From assembly GCF_036365525.1 (NCBI RefSeq), contig NW_027140453.1, positions 1,178,001-1,242,000 on the forward strand: a stretch of 64,000 nucleotides of DNA, given 5' to 3'. The notes under the pieces were generated by a model, which saw only the letters and a program-made list of their open reading frames with translations, did no database searches and was not told where the DNA came from. Position numbers and translations under genes: made by a program. Below, one piece after another: positions 51,037 to 62,855 of this stretch. Position 1 is the first letter of the stretch; the number at the start of each line of letters is the position of its first letter. The stretch comes from Heterodontus francisci (taxonomy: Eukaryota).

Positions 51037-51652
51037 ATGTCTGTGTCTCAGCTCTGGGTTGTGTTGTTGGTGTTAATGGGTAAGGAGGTGTCTGAACTGT
51101 GAGGTTACAATGATGTACATGTGCCTCTGCTTCTCAGTCTCTGTCTGTCTTTGTCTCTCTCCTTCTCCCTCCATATTTCTTTCTCTGTCTCTCATTCTCT
51201 CTCTCTCTCTCTGCCTTTATCTCTGACTCTAACTGGTCCCCACCGCTCTCTCTCTGTCTGCCCACTTCTACCTCTTCTTGTTGATAACGATATAGAGATT
51301 GTCCCTGGGTTAATCTCTCTCTTTCTCTCTCTCTCTCCCTCTCTGTTTTGCAGATGTGGGGGCCGTGTTGATCCAACAGACTCCCTCTTCCTTATCCCAT
51401 TCCCCAGGTTCTCCAGTCAGGATCGAGTGTATTTACACTGAAGCAACAGCTAGCTCCGTTTTCTACTGGTACCGATGGCAACTGGACCGTGAGCCCGAGA
51501 ACCTTTTCTATTCCTACCCCGCCAGAACGGTCACCCCCTCCGGAGAGGTGGACGGTTTCACCGCCAGGAGACCCGACAACACCCATTTTTACCTGGAGTC
51601 CTTGAGCCTGTGGGTGAATCAATCAGCCGTGTATTACTGTGCCTGGAGTTTG
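51037..51652 (+). CDS. TRBV: V15: family-5 TRBV, apparently functional. Leader 51037-51079, V exon 51354-51652, RSS 51653-51691
   Basis: Leader MSVSQLWVVLLVLM; VLIQQTP...ECIYTEATASSVFYWYRW...YYCAWSL; CACAGTG-23-GCAAAAACT. Confidence 0.92.
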
Positions 51653-53476
51653 CACAGTGACTCAGAAAGGCACCGGAGTTCAGCAAAAACTCTAAACATT
51701 GACAGAGCTCACTTGTGGGAGATAGACCTGTCTATCTGGGGTGTCATTCTATCACTCTGACTATCTGTCAGTTTCTATGTCTACTGTTGAATGAACTGGC
51801 TCTTTGACAGAGTTGTCTAACTAGTTCCCATTCACTGACTAGTTCTTCATTGCACTAATAAATCTCCCCTACATCTACTTCTCCAATTGACATCTGGAAG
51901 TTACGATTGGATGGTCTTCCACCGTCCTTTCAGTCAATGCCCTCCACATGATAACAATTCACTGAGGAGAAAGATTCCACTCATCTCCCACTCTGGTTCC
52001 TTTCCCAATTACCTTCAATTCTTGGTCCCTGGTTTATCGACACTCCTGACTGTAGATACGACCCTCTGGATACAGTTTCTCCATCAAGACACTTCTGACC
52101 ACGTCTTTCAAATCTCCCCTACCCTCATTACTCCAATGGACACAAGTCCATACAAATAGGAAATGGTTGATCTTGGAACCTTTAATCATGTCTCTGATGA
52201 TTCATACAGTGCAAAGGCGAGACACCTCTCCAGATCCGTCTCTGACTGGAACACCTGCCTCCAGACGGCGGCTTCAGCATCTGTTCAAAACTGTTAACAC
52301 ACTTGTCTCTCAGTCTTTCGGTATCTTTTGAAGAATTTTCACATTGACTGCAGTTCAGTGTGGTGAAGAACTTAACCCTTTAACTCCCGTTTAGCGCAAG
52401 GGGGGGAAATGAAACTGTCTTGACCCTGAAACAAGGCAGCAGGTTGACGGCTCTTATTGGATCATAGAATCATGAGGGACACATCCAGGGTATTCAGTCC
52501 ATCGATACTGGCCTCGCTGTTCGAAAGAGCGACCTCCTCCCATCTCTCTTCATCTTACCCTATCAACAGATTCTTCAATTCCTTTCTCACTCATGTATTT
52601 ATTCAGCTCCCCCCTAAACTGCATCGTCTCTATTCGACCTCAACCCATTCCATTGGTCGCTAATTCCACATTCTCACCGCTCCCTGGATTAAAGAACCTC
52701 CTCCTGAATTCCCAATTGGATTTATTAAGGACTACCTTACATTTATGATCCCTGGTTTTCATCTTCCCTGTCCAATTACTGCCACTCCCTGTTCTTTCTG
52801 ATTAACCCTGCACTTGATCTTGCAGCTTGTCTGTCTCCTTCCCACCATTACAACAGTTACTGCATTTCAAAATACATTTGACTGGTTGAGGCTGGAGTGA
52901 AGCAGAGAGCTGTCGGGCCGAATGGAGCCGATCTGTGCATTAGCTTCCATCGACTTCTGTGCCACAAGCGCCAACACGAGTCGAGTAGAAGATTATAACT
53001 AATGACTGAAACAGGTTCAGGGTCTGACACTGAAACGCCTGATGAATCGGTGCTTGCAGTTACACCTGGAGCCACTAGGTGCCAGTGTTACTCCACTGTC
53101 GCCGCTGCCGAGAACATGCTCAGACAGAGTGAGCTTTACCCACAGCAGCTCCACAGGTCAACTTGGCTGCTTCTGAAATGTTTCACTTCTCAACTATTTC
53201 ACACAAAATATTCCGGCAATGGAAGATGAGGGAGATGAGTTTTTAATCTGATCGTTTACGGGTCATTAAGTATCAATTATGTCAGTGCAACCTTGAAATA
53301 TTTGCACCCAGATGCCAGTTTGTAGATTTCCAGGTTCTATTTTACAATTACATTGTCCCAGGTGTTTGTAGGAAACTAGGAGAGTGGCTGAATGTCCATC
53401 CTGACTTTCGCACAACTCCCACATCTATCGTGCCAAGTGTAAAGTAACATTTTCCCCCCATGCTCCCTGTTTCCAG

Positions 53477-54402
53477 GTTGAATAACGGGAGATCTGGTGC
53501 TCACTTCATGTGATCAAGTGAGAGACAGTTTTCAGAACAGAAGGCTTCACACTGACATGTTGTGATATCCTCACCCTGCCGGTGGAAGGGCTGTATTAAT
53601 CAGGTCTGTTCATTGAGGAGGTGAAACTCAGTATGTTGAGGTTTTAAGAGCGGATTTGCTTTTGCAGAACATTGCAAAACATTAAATTAACACAGAAGCT
53701 GGAGAGAGTTCACCTTCTTAGGCAGTTCCCCCTGGATTGAGGATGACTTGCTTCCACTCCGGTTCAATGGGTTCTGAGATGGCTGATGAGTCCAGTGTAT
53801 GATCTGCAGACTCTGTCACATGATGGGCAGGTGGTGCTTTGAGGATCAGGCAGGTGAGTAGTTTGCAGGTTTGTGCGCTCCCTCCGATGCCTCGGCCTTG
53901 CCTCTGCATGTTCCTTAAGTTCCTCGAGGTGTCCGATGCCTTCCCGTATGTCCTTTCTCCAACTGGGATGTTCAGGAGCCATGTTCTCCCAGGAGTCAAT
54001 GCGGATGTTTCATCTCTCCAGGGATGCTGTGAGGACATCTCTAAAACGTTTCCGCTGTCCTCCTGGGAGTCTCCTGACACGGCTAAGTTCTGAGTAGAAC
54101 TGCTTCTTTGGGGAGTCTGGTGGCAGGAATGTGAACGACATGTCCCAGCCAGTGGAGCTGGTTTTGGGTGACTCGAACCCTGACACTAGACAGATTGGTT
54201 TGGGAGAGGACGATGCTGTTGGACTACCTGTTTTGCCACTGGATTTGGAGGTTAATGCGGAGGCACCTCTGGTGTTACTTCTCCTGTGCTTTGAGGTGTC
54301 GACTGTAGGTTCTCCAAGGTAAGATCAATGTGGAGGTGCATTTATTTACAGTGACTGACAGGACAAAGCAGTTCAGAGCTATCCACTGTCTAGACAAAGA
54401 AC
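53477..54402 (+). pseudogene. Decayed family-3 V relic split by an RTE fragment
   Basis: Intron similar to V10 intron; CTCAGTATG...GGTTTTAAGAGCGG matches V10 PQYEDGFKSG; relic RSS CAAAGCA-23-ACAAAGAAC at 54364-54402. Confidence 0.75.
53714..54318 (-). mobile_element. RTE-like LINE 3' fragment
   Basis: C-terminal TCPSCDRVCRSYTGLISHLRTH; duplicated at ~58322-58925. Confidence 0.8.
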
Positions 54403-55599
54403 CACATACAGACTGACCTCAAACTCACGTAATTTTTACACGAACTCAAAGAGCAGGGCCTCATCCACAGTTTTATCTTCATGTACCTGGGTTCCAAAAT
54501 TGGAATTTGCACATGTTTGGCCTCCAACCTCCTTGGTTAAAACACACTGGGTGCACTGTGAACATTTCAGGACTCCTCATTCCTTGGTTAGACTTCATTT
54601 GGAGAACTGTGCACTGTTCCATTCTCATTATACATTGGTTAGATCACAACTGGAGCACTGTGCACAGTTCTGGCGTCTATATACATTGGTTAGGCCACAT
54701 TTCGATCACGGTATAATTATACATAACAGTAGAGATCGAACAGGCAGGGGTCCTTCTCTAGAAATGAGGGGTGCCCAGATAAGAAGTCTTTAATATTATT
54801 AATAGGTTTGATAGGATAGTCGGAGAGAAGATATTTTCACTTGAGGCCCAAGACCAGAACTATAAGGTATAAAATACTCAGTAAAAATCCAGACGTGAAT
54901 TCAGGACAAACTTCATTACCCAGAGATTGGTGAGAATGGGGAACGAACCACCATAGGCAGTGGTGGAGGCAAATAGTATTCAGTGGGATACTAGTAGACA
55001 TACGAGGCAGAAAGGATTGACAGGAGATGCTGAGAAGATGAGATAAAGAGGGATGAAAGGATGTATCTGTGGAACATCAACACCTGTATAGATCCGTTCA
55101 CCTGATGCTGTGTTCTATATTGTCTGCAATTCTATATAGTCAACATCAGTATCTGAAAGAGGGGAGAAAGTTGGAAAGCCGATCTGGAACTTCCCAAGGA
55201 GTTCTGCAGCCAATGAAGTGATTCTGTTGAATTACAGGCATGTTGGTCTTTGTTGCAAGGGGGATGGGAGAACAAGAATAAGGAAGTCGTGTTACACTTG
55301 CATTGGGTCTTGGTGAGAACACACCTGGAATACTGTGTGCACAGATTTGGACAGGGCCCCGAATGATCGGGCTGCAGATGTCAATGACACTGAACTGCAA
55401 TTCCAGAACGCGATTACCAGGCGTCAAACATTGGTCCCTCCCCGGAAATGAAAGAAAACTGGGTCCCGCCTATCTGAATGATAAAGTGATGGAGAAGGAA
55501 GCTGTGAATTTCAGTCAGTGCCGAGAACTTTGAGATACTCTACAATAAAAGTGCTCAGTCATTTCATTTAAAACCACACGGATCCTTCACCCTCCAGAG

Positions 55600-56227
55600 A
55601 TGTCTTTGTCTCAGCTCTGGGTTGTGTTGTTGGTGTTAACGGGTAAGGAGGTGTCTGAACTGTGAGGTTCCAATGATGTACATGTGTCTCTGCTTCTCAG
55701 TCTCTGTCTCTCTTTGTCTCTCTCCTTCTCCCTTTATATTTCTTTCTCTGTCTCTCATTCTCTCTCTCTATCTCTGCCTTTATCTCTGTCTCTATTTCTA
55801 ACTGGTCCCCACCGCTCTCTCTCTCTCTCTGTCTGCCCACTTCTACCTCTTCTTGTTGATAACAATATAGACATTGTCCCTGGTTTTATCTCTCTCTTTC
55901 TCTCTCTCTCTCCCTCTCTGTTTTACAGATGTGGTGGCCGTGTTGATCCAACAGACTCCCACTTCCATATCTCATTCCCCAGGCACTCTAGTCAGGATCG
56001 AGTGTATTTACACTGAAGCAACAGCTAGCTCTGTTTTCTACTGGTACCAATGGCATCTGGACCGTGAGCCCGAGAACCTTTTCTATTCCTACCCCGCCGG
56101 AACGGTCACCCCCTCCGGTGAGGTGGACGGTTTCACCACCAGGAGACCCGACAACACCCATTTTTACCTGGAGTCCTCCAGCCTGTTGGCGAATCAATCA
56201 GCCGTGTATTACTGTGCATGGGGTCAG
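55600..56227 (+). CDS. TRBV: V16: family-5 TRBV, apparently functional. Leader 55600-55642, V exon 55929-56227, RSS 56228-56266
   Basis: Leader MSLSQLWVVLLVLT; V ORF to YYCAWGQ; CACAGTG-23-GCAAAAACT. Confidence 0.92.
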
Positions 56228-58084
56228 CACAGTGACTCCGAAAGGCGCCGGAGTTCAGCAAAAACTCTAAACATTGACAGAGCTCACTTGTGGGAGATAG
56301 ACCTGTCTATCTGGGATGTCATTCTATCACTCTGACTATCTGTCAGTTTCTATGTCTACTGTTGAATGAACTGGCTCTTTGACAGAGTTGTCTAACTAGT
56401 TCCCATTCACTGACTAGTTCTCCATTGCACTAATAAATCTCCCCTACATCTACTTCTCCAATTGACATCTGGAAGTTACTATTGGATGGTCTTCCACCGC
56501 CCTTTCAGTCAGTGCCCTCCACATGATAACAATTCACTGAGGAGAAAGATTCCACTCATCTCCCACTCTGGTTCCTTTCCCAATTACCTTCAATTCTTGG
56601 TTCCTGGTTTATCGACCCTCCTGACTGTCGATACCACCCTCTGGATACAGTTTCTCTATCAAGACACATCTGACCACGTCTTTCAAATCTCCGCTTACCC
56701 TCATTACTCTAATGGACACAAGTCCATACAAATAGGAAATGGTTGATCTTGGAACCTTTAATCATGTCTCTGATGATTCATACAGTGCAAAGGCGAGAAA
56801 CCTCTCCAGATCCGTCTCTGACTGGAACACCTGCCTCCAGACGGCGGCTTCAGCATCTGTTCAAAACTGTTAACACACTTGTCTCTCAGTCTTTCGGTAA
56901 CTTTTGAAGAATTTTCACATTGACTGCAGTTCAGTGTGGTGAAGAACTTAACCCTTTAACTCCCGTTTAGCACAAGGGGGGGAAATGAAACTGTCTTGAC
57001 CCTGAAACAAGGCAGCAGGTTGACGGCTCTTATTGGATCATAGAATCATGAGGGACACATCCAGGGTATTCAGTCCATCGATACTGGCCTCGCTGTTCGA
57101 AAGAGCGACCTCCTCCCATCTCTCTTCATCTTACCCTATCAACAGATTCTTCAATTACTTTCTCACTCATGTATTTATTCAGCTCCCCCCTAAACTGCAT
57201 CGTCTCTATTCGACCTCAACCCATTCCATTGGTCGCTAATTCCACATTCTCACCGCTCCCTGGATTAAAGAACCTCCTCCTGAATTCCCAATTGGATTTA
57301 TTAAGGACTACCTTACATTTATGATCCCTGGTTTTCATCTTCCCTGTCCAATTACTGCCACTCCCTGTTCTTTCTGATTAACCCTGCACGTGATCTTGCA
57401 GCTTGTCTGTCTCCTTTCCTGCATTACAACAGTTGCTGCATTTCAAAATACATTTGACTGGTTGAGGCTGGAGTGAAGCAGAGAGCTGTCGGGCCGAATG
57501 GCGCCGATCTGTGCATTAGCTTCCATCTCGTTCTGTGCCACAAGAGCCAACACGAGTCAAGTAGGAGAATATAACTAATGACTGAAACAGGTTCAGGGTC
57601 TGACACTGAAACGCCTGCAGAATCAGTGCTTGCAGTTACACCTGGAGCCACTAGGTGCCAGTGTTACTCCACTGCAGCCGCTGCCGAGAACATGCTCACA
57701 CAGAGTGAGCTTGACCCGCAACAGCTCCACATGTCAACTTGGCTGCTTCTGAAATGTTTCACTTCTCAACTATTTCACACAAAATATTCCGACAATGGAA
57801 AAAAGTCAATGATTTGATATAAGGTAGATTGAGCCTTTAATCTGATCGTTATGGGGGCATTAAGTGACATTAATATCTGTCCAACTTTGAAATATTTGCA
57901 CCCAGATGCCAGTTTGTAGATTTCCAGGTTCTATTTTACAATTACTTTCCCCCAGGTGTTTGTAGGAAACTAGGAGAGAGCCTGAATGTCCATCGTGACT
58001 TTAGCACAACTCCCACATCTATCGTGCCAAGTGCAAAGTAACATTTCCCACCCCCCCCCCCCCCCCCACGCTCCCTGTCTCCAG

Positions 58085-59009
58085 GTGGAATAACGGGAGA
58101 TCTGGTGCTCACTTCATGTGATTAAGTGAGAGACAGTTTTCAGAACAGAAGGCTTCACACTGACATGTTGAGATATCCACACTCCGCCGGTGGAGGGGCT
58201 GTATTAATCAGGTCTGTTTATTGAGGAGGTGAAACTCAGTATGTTGAGGTTTTAAGAGCATGTTTGCTTTTGCAGATCAGTGCAAAATAATAAATTAACA
58301 AGGAAGCTGGAGAGAGTTCACCTTCTTAGGCAATTCCCCGGGATTGAGAATGACTTGCTTCCATTCCGGTTCAATGGGTTCTGAGATGGCTGATGAGTTC
58401 AGTGTATGATCTGCAGACGCTGTCACATGAGGGGCAGGTGGTGCTTGTAGGATCAGGTAGGTGAGTAGTTTGCAGGTTTGTGCGCTCCCTCCGATGCCTC
58501 GGCCTTACCGCTGCATGTTCCTGAAGTTCCTCGTGGTGTCCGATGCCTTCCCGTTTGTCCTTCCTCCGTCTGGGATGGTCAGGAGCCTGGGTCTCCAAGG
58601 AATCGACGGGGATGTTTCATCTCTCCAGGGATGCTGTGAGGACACCTCTAAAGCCTTTCCGCTATCCTCCTGGGAGTCTCCTGCCACGACCAAGTTCTGA
58701 GTAGAACAGTTGCTTTGGGGAGTCTGGTGGCAGGAATGTGAATGACATGTCCCAGCCAGTGGAGCTGGTGTGGGGTGTTTCGCGCCCTGACACGAGGCAG
58801 GTTGGTTTGGGAGAGCACGATGCTGTTGGACTACCTGTCTTGCCACTGGATTTGGAGGATAATGCGGAGGCACCTCTGGTGTTACTTCTCCTGTGCTTTG
58901 AGGTGTCTACTGTCGGTTCTCCAAGGTAAGGTCAATGTGGAGGTGTATTTATGAGCAGTGACTGACGGGACAAAGCGGTTCAGAGTTATCCACTGTCGAG
59001 ACAAAGAAC
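58085..59009 (+). pseudogene. Decayed family-3 V relic, copy 2, split by RTE
   Basis: GAGGTGTATTTATGAGCAGTGACTGACGGGA then CAAAGCG-23-ACAAAGAAC (58971-59009), aligning to the V10 end and RSS. Confidence 0.78.
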
Positions 59010-60206
59010 CACACACAGACTGACCTCAAACTCACGTAATTTTCCCAAGAACTCAAAGAGCAGTGCCTCATCCACAGTTTTATCATCAAGAACCTGGGTT
59101 CCAAAATTGGAATTTGCACATTTTTGGTCTCCAACCTCCTTGGTTAAAACACACTGGGTGCACTGTGAACATTTCAGGACTCCTCATTCCTTGGTTAGAC
59201 TTCATTTGGAGAACTGTGCACTGTTCCATTCTCATTATACATTGGTTAGATCACAACTGGAGCACTGAGCACAGTTCTGGCGTCTATATACATTGGTTAG
59301 ACCACATTTAGATCACGGTATAATTATACATAACAGTAGAGATCGAACAGGCAGGGGTCCTTCTCTAGAAATGAGGGGTTCCCAGATAAGAAGTCTTTAA
59401 TATTATTAATAGGTTTGATAGGATAGTCGTAGAGAAGATATTTTCACTTGAGGCCCAAGACCAGAACTATAAGGTATAAAATAATCAGTACAAATCCAGA
59501 CGTGAATTCAGGACAAACTTCATTACCCAGAGATTGGTGAGAATGGGGAACGAACCACCATAGGCAGTGGTGGAGGCAAATAGTATTCAGTGGGATACTA
59601 GTAGACATACGAGGCAGAAAGGATTGACAGGAGATGCTGAGAAGATGAGATAAAGAGGGATGAAAGGATGTATCTGTGGAACATCAACACCTGTATAGAT
59701 CCGTTCACCTGATGCTGTGTTCTATATTGTCTGCAATTCTATATAGTCAACGTCAGTATCTGAAAGAGGGGAGAAAGTTGGAAAGCCGATCTGGAACTTC
59801 CCAAGGAGTTCTACAGCCAATGAAGTGCTTCTGTTGAATTACAGGCATGTTGGTCTTTATTGCAAGGGGGATGGGAGTACAAGAATAAGGAAGTCGTATT
59901 ACACTTGTATTGGGTCTTGGTGAGAACACACCTGGAGTACTAGGTGCACATATTTGGAGAGAGCTCCGAATGATCGGGCTGCAGATGTCAATGACACAGA
60001 ACTGCAGTTCCAGAAAGCGATTACCAGGAGTCTAACATTGGTCCCTCCCCGGAAATGAAAGAAAACTGGGTCCCGCCTATCCGAATGATAAAGTGATGGA
60101 GAAGGAAGCTGTGAATTTCAGTCTGTGCCCAGAACTTTGAGATACTCGACAATAAAAGTGCTCAGTCATTTCATATAAAACCACACGGATCCTTCACCCT
60201 CCAGAG

Positions 60207-60820
60207 ATGTCTTTATCTCAGCTCTGGGTTGTGTTGTTGGTGTTAACGGGTAAGGAGGTGTCTGAACTGTGAGGTTACAATGATATACATGTGTCTCTGC
60301 TTCTCAGTCTCTGTCTGTCTTTGTCTCTCTCCTTCTCCCTCTATAATTCTTTCTCTGTCTCTCATTCTCTCTCTATCTCTCTCTCTGCCTTTATCTCTGC
60401 CTCCAACTGGTCCCCACCTCTCTCTTTATCTCTCTGTCTGCCCGCCTCTACCTCTTCTTGTTGATATCTTTATTGACATTGTCCTTGGGTTTATCTCCCT
60501 CGTTCCCTCTCTGTTTTACAGAAGTGGGGGCCGTGTTGATCCAACAGACTCCTGCTTCCATATCCCATTCCCCAGGATCTCCAGTCAGGATCCAGTGTAT
60601 TTACACTGAAGCAACTGCTACGTCCTATTTCTACTGGTACCGGTGGCATCCGGACCGTGAGCCCGAGAATCTTTTCTATTCCTACCCCGCCGGAACGGTC
60701 AGCCCCTCCGGTGAGGTGGACGGTTTCACCGCTAGGATACCCGACAACACCCATTTTTATCTGGAGTCCTCCAGCCTGTTGGCGAATCAATCAGCAGTGT
60801 ATTACTGTGCCTGGAGTCAG
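60207..60820 (+). CDS. TRBV: V17: family-5 TRBV, apparently functional. Leader 60207-60249, V exon 60522-60820, RSS 60821-60859
   Basis: V ORF to YYCAWSQ; CACAGTG-23-GCAAAAACT. Confidence 0.92.
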
Positions 60821-62673
60821 CACAGTGACTCAGAAAGGCGCCGGAGTTCAGCAAAAACTCTAAACATTGACAGAACTCACTTATGGGAGATAGACCTGTC
60901 TATCTGGGGTGTCATTCTATCACTCTGACTATCTGTCAGTTTCTATGTCTGCTGTTGAATGAACTGGCTCTTTGACAGAGTTGTCTAACTAGTTCCCATT
61001 CACTGACTAGTTCTTCATTGCACTAATAAATCTCCCCTACATCTACTTCTCCAATTGACATCTGGAAGTTACTATTGGATCGTCTTCCACCGCCCTTTCA
61101 GTCAGTGCCCTCCACATGATAACAATTCACTGAGGAGAAAGATTCCACTCATCTCCCACTCTGGTTCCTTTCCCAATTACCTTCAATTCTTGGTCCCTGG
61201 TTTATCGACTCTCCTGACAGTAGATACAACCATCTGGATACAGTTTCTCTATCAAGACACTTCTGACCACATCTTTCAAATCTCCCCTTACCCTCATTAC
61301 TCTAATGGACACAAGTCCATACAAATAGGAAATGGTTGATCTTGGAACCTTTAATCATGTCTCTGATGATTCATACAGTGCAAAGGCGACACACCTCTCC
61401 AGATCCGTCTCTGACTGGAACACCTGCCTCCAGACGGCGGCTTCAGCATCTGTTCAAAACTGTTAACCCATTTGTCTCTCAGTCTCTCGGGGTCTTTTGA
61501 AGAATTTTCACAGTGACTGGAGTTCAGTGCGGTGAAGAACTTAACCCTTTAACTCCCGTTTAGCACAAGGGGGGAAATGAAACTGGCTTGGCCCTGAAAC
61601 AAGGCAGCAGGTTGACGGGTCTTATTGGATCATAGAATCATGCAGGATAGATCCAGGCCATTCAGCCCAACGATCCTGGCCTGGCTGTTCGAAAGAGCGA
61701 CCTCCTCCCATCTCTCTCTATCTTGCACCATCAGCAGATTCTTCTATTCCTTTCTCACTCATGTATTTAATCAGCTCCCCCCTTAACTGCATCGTCTCTA
61801 TTCGATCTCAACCCATTCCATTTGGTCGTCAATTCTACATTCTCAACGTTCCCTGGGTTAAAGAACCTCCTCCTGAATTCCGAATTGGATTTATTAAGGA
61901 CTACCTTACATTTATGATCCCTGGTTTTCACCCTCCCTGTCCAATTACTCCCACTCCCTTTTCTTTATGAATAACGCTGCACTTGATCTTGCAGCTTGTC
62001 TGCCTCCTTACCGACATGACAACAGTGCACTTCAATATGTATTTGACTGGCTGAGGCTTGAGTGAAGCAGGGAGCTGTCAGGCCGAATGGCGCGGATCTG
62101 TGCACTAACTTCCATCTAGTTCTGTGCCACAAGCGCCAAAACGAGTCGAGTAGGAGAAGATAACTAATGACTGAAACAGGTTCAGGGTCTGACACTGAAA
62201 CGCCTGATGAATCGGTGCTTGCAGTTGCAGCTGGAGCCACTAGGTGCCAGTGTTACTCCACTGCAGCCGCTGCCGAGAACATGCTCAGACAGAGTGAGCT
62301 TTCCCCACAGCAGCTCCACAGGTCAACTTGGCTGCTTCTGAAATTTTTCACTTCTCACCTATTTCACACAATATATTCCGGCAATGCGAAAAAAAACCTC
62401 AATGATTTGATATCCCGTAGATGAGCCTTTAATATGATTGTTTAGGGGGCATTAAGTGACATTTATATCATTCCAAACTTGAAATATTTGCACCCAGATG
62501 CCAGTTTGTAGATTTCCAGGTTCTATTTTGCAATTACATTGGCCCAGGTGTTTGTAGGAAACTAGGAGAGAGCCTGAATTTCCATCGTGACTTTAGCACA
62601 ACTCCCACATCTATCGTGTCAAGTCTAAAGTAACATTCCCCCCGCCCCCCACTCCCGTGCTCCCTGTTTCCAG

Positions 62674-62855
62674 GTGGAATAACGGGAGATCTGGTGCTCA
62701 CTTCATGTGATCAAGTGAGAGACAGTTTTCAGAACAGAAGGCTTCACACTGACATGTTGTGATAGCCTCACTGCGCTGGTGGAGGGGCTGTATTAATCAG
62801 GTCTGTTCATTGAGGAGGTGAAACTCAGTTTGTTGAGGTTTTCAGAGCGGGTTTG
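62674..62855 (+). pseudogene. Decayed family-3 V relic, copy 3, 3'-truncated
   Basis: Same sequence as 53477 onward, ending at GAGCGGGTTTG where a SINE-like block begins. Confidence 0.7.

Larger units (their letters stand above)
50780..62855 (+). repeat. Tandem triplication, ~4.6-kb unit (family-5 V plus family-3 relic)
   Basis: Leaders at 51037, 55600 and 60207 with collinear flanks; third unit incomplete. Confidence 0.92.

Noticed and set aside
51887-53229. Short ORFs recurring three times in the right arm
   Set aside because: Products of the recent triplication with inconsistent frames and stops; partly decayed LINE sequence
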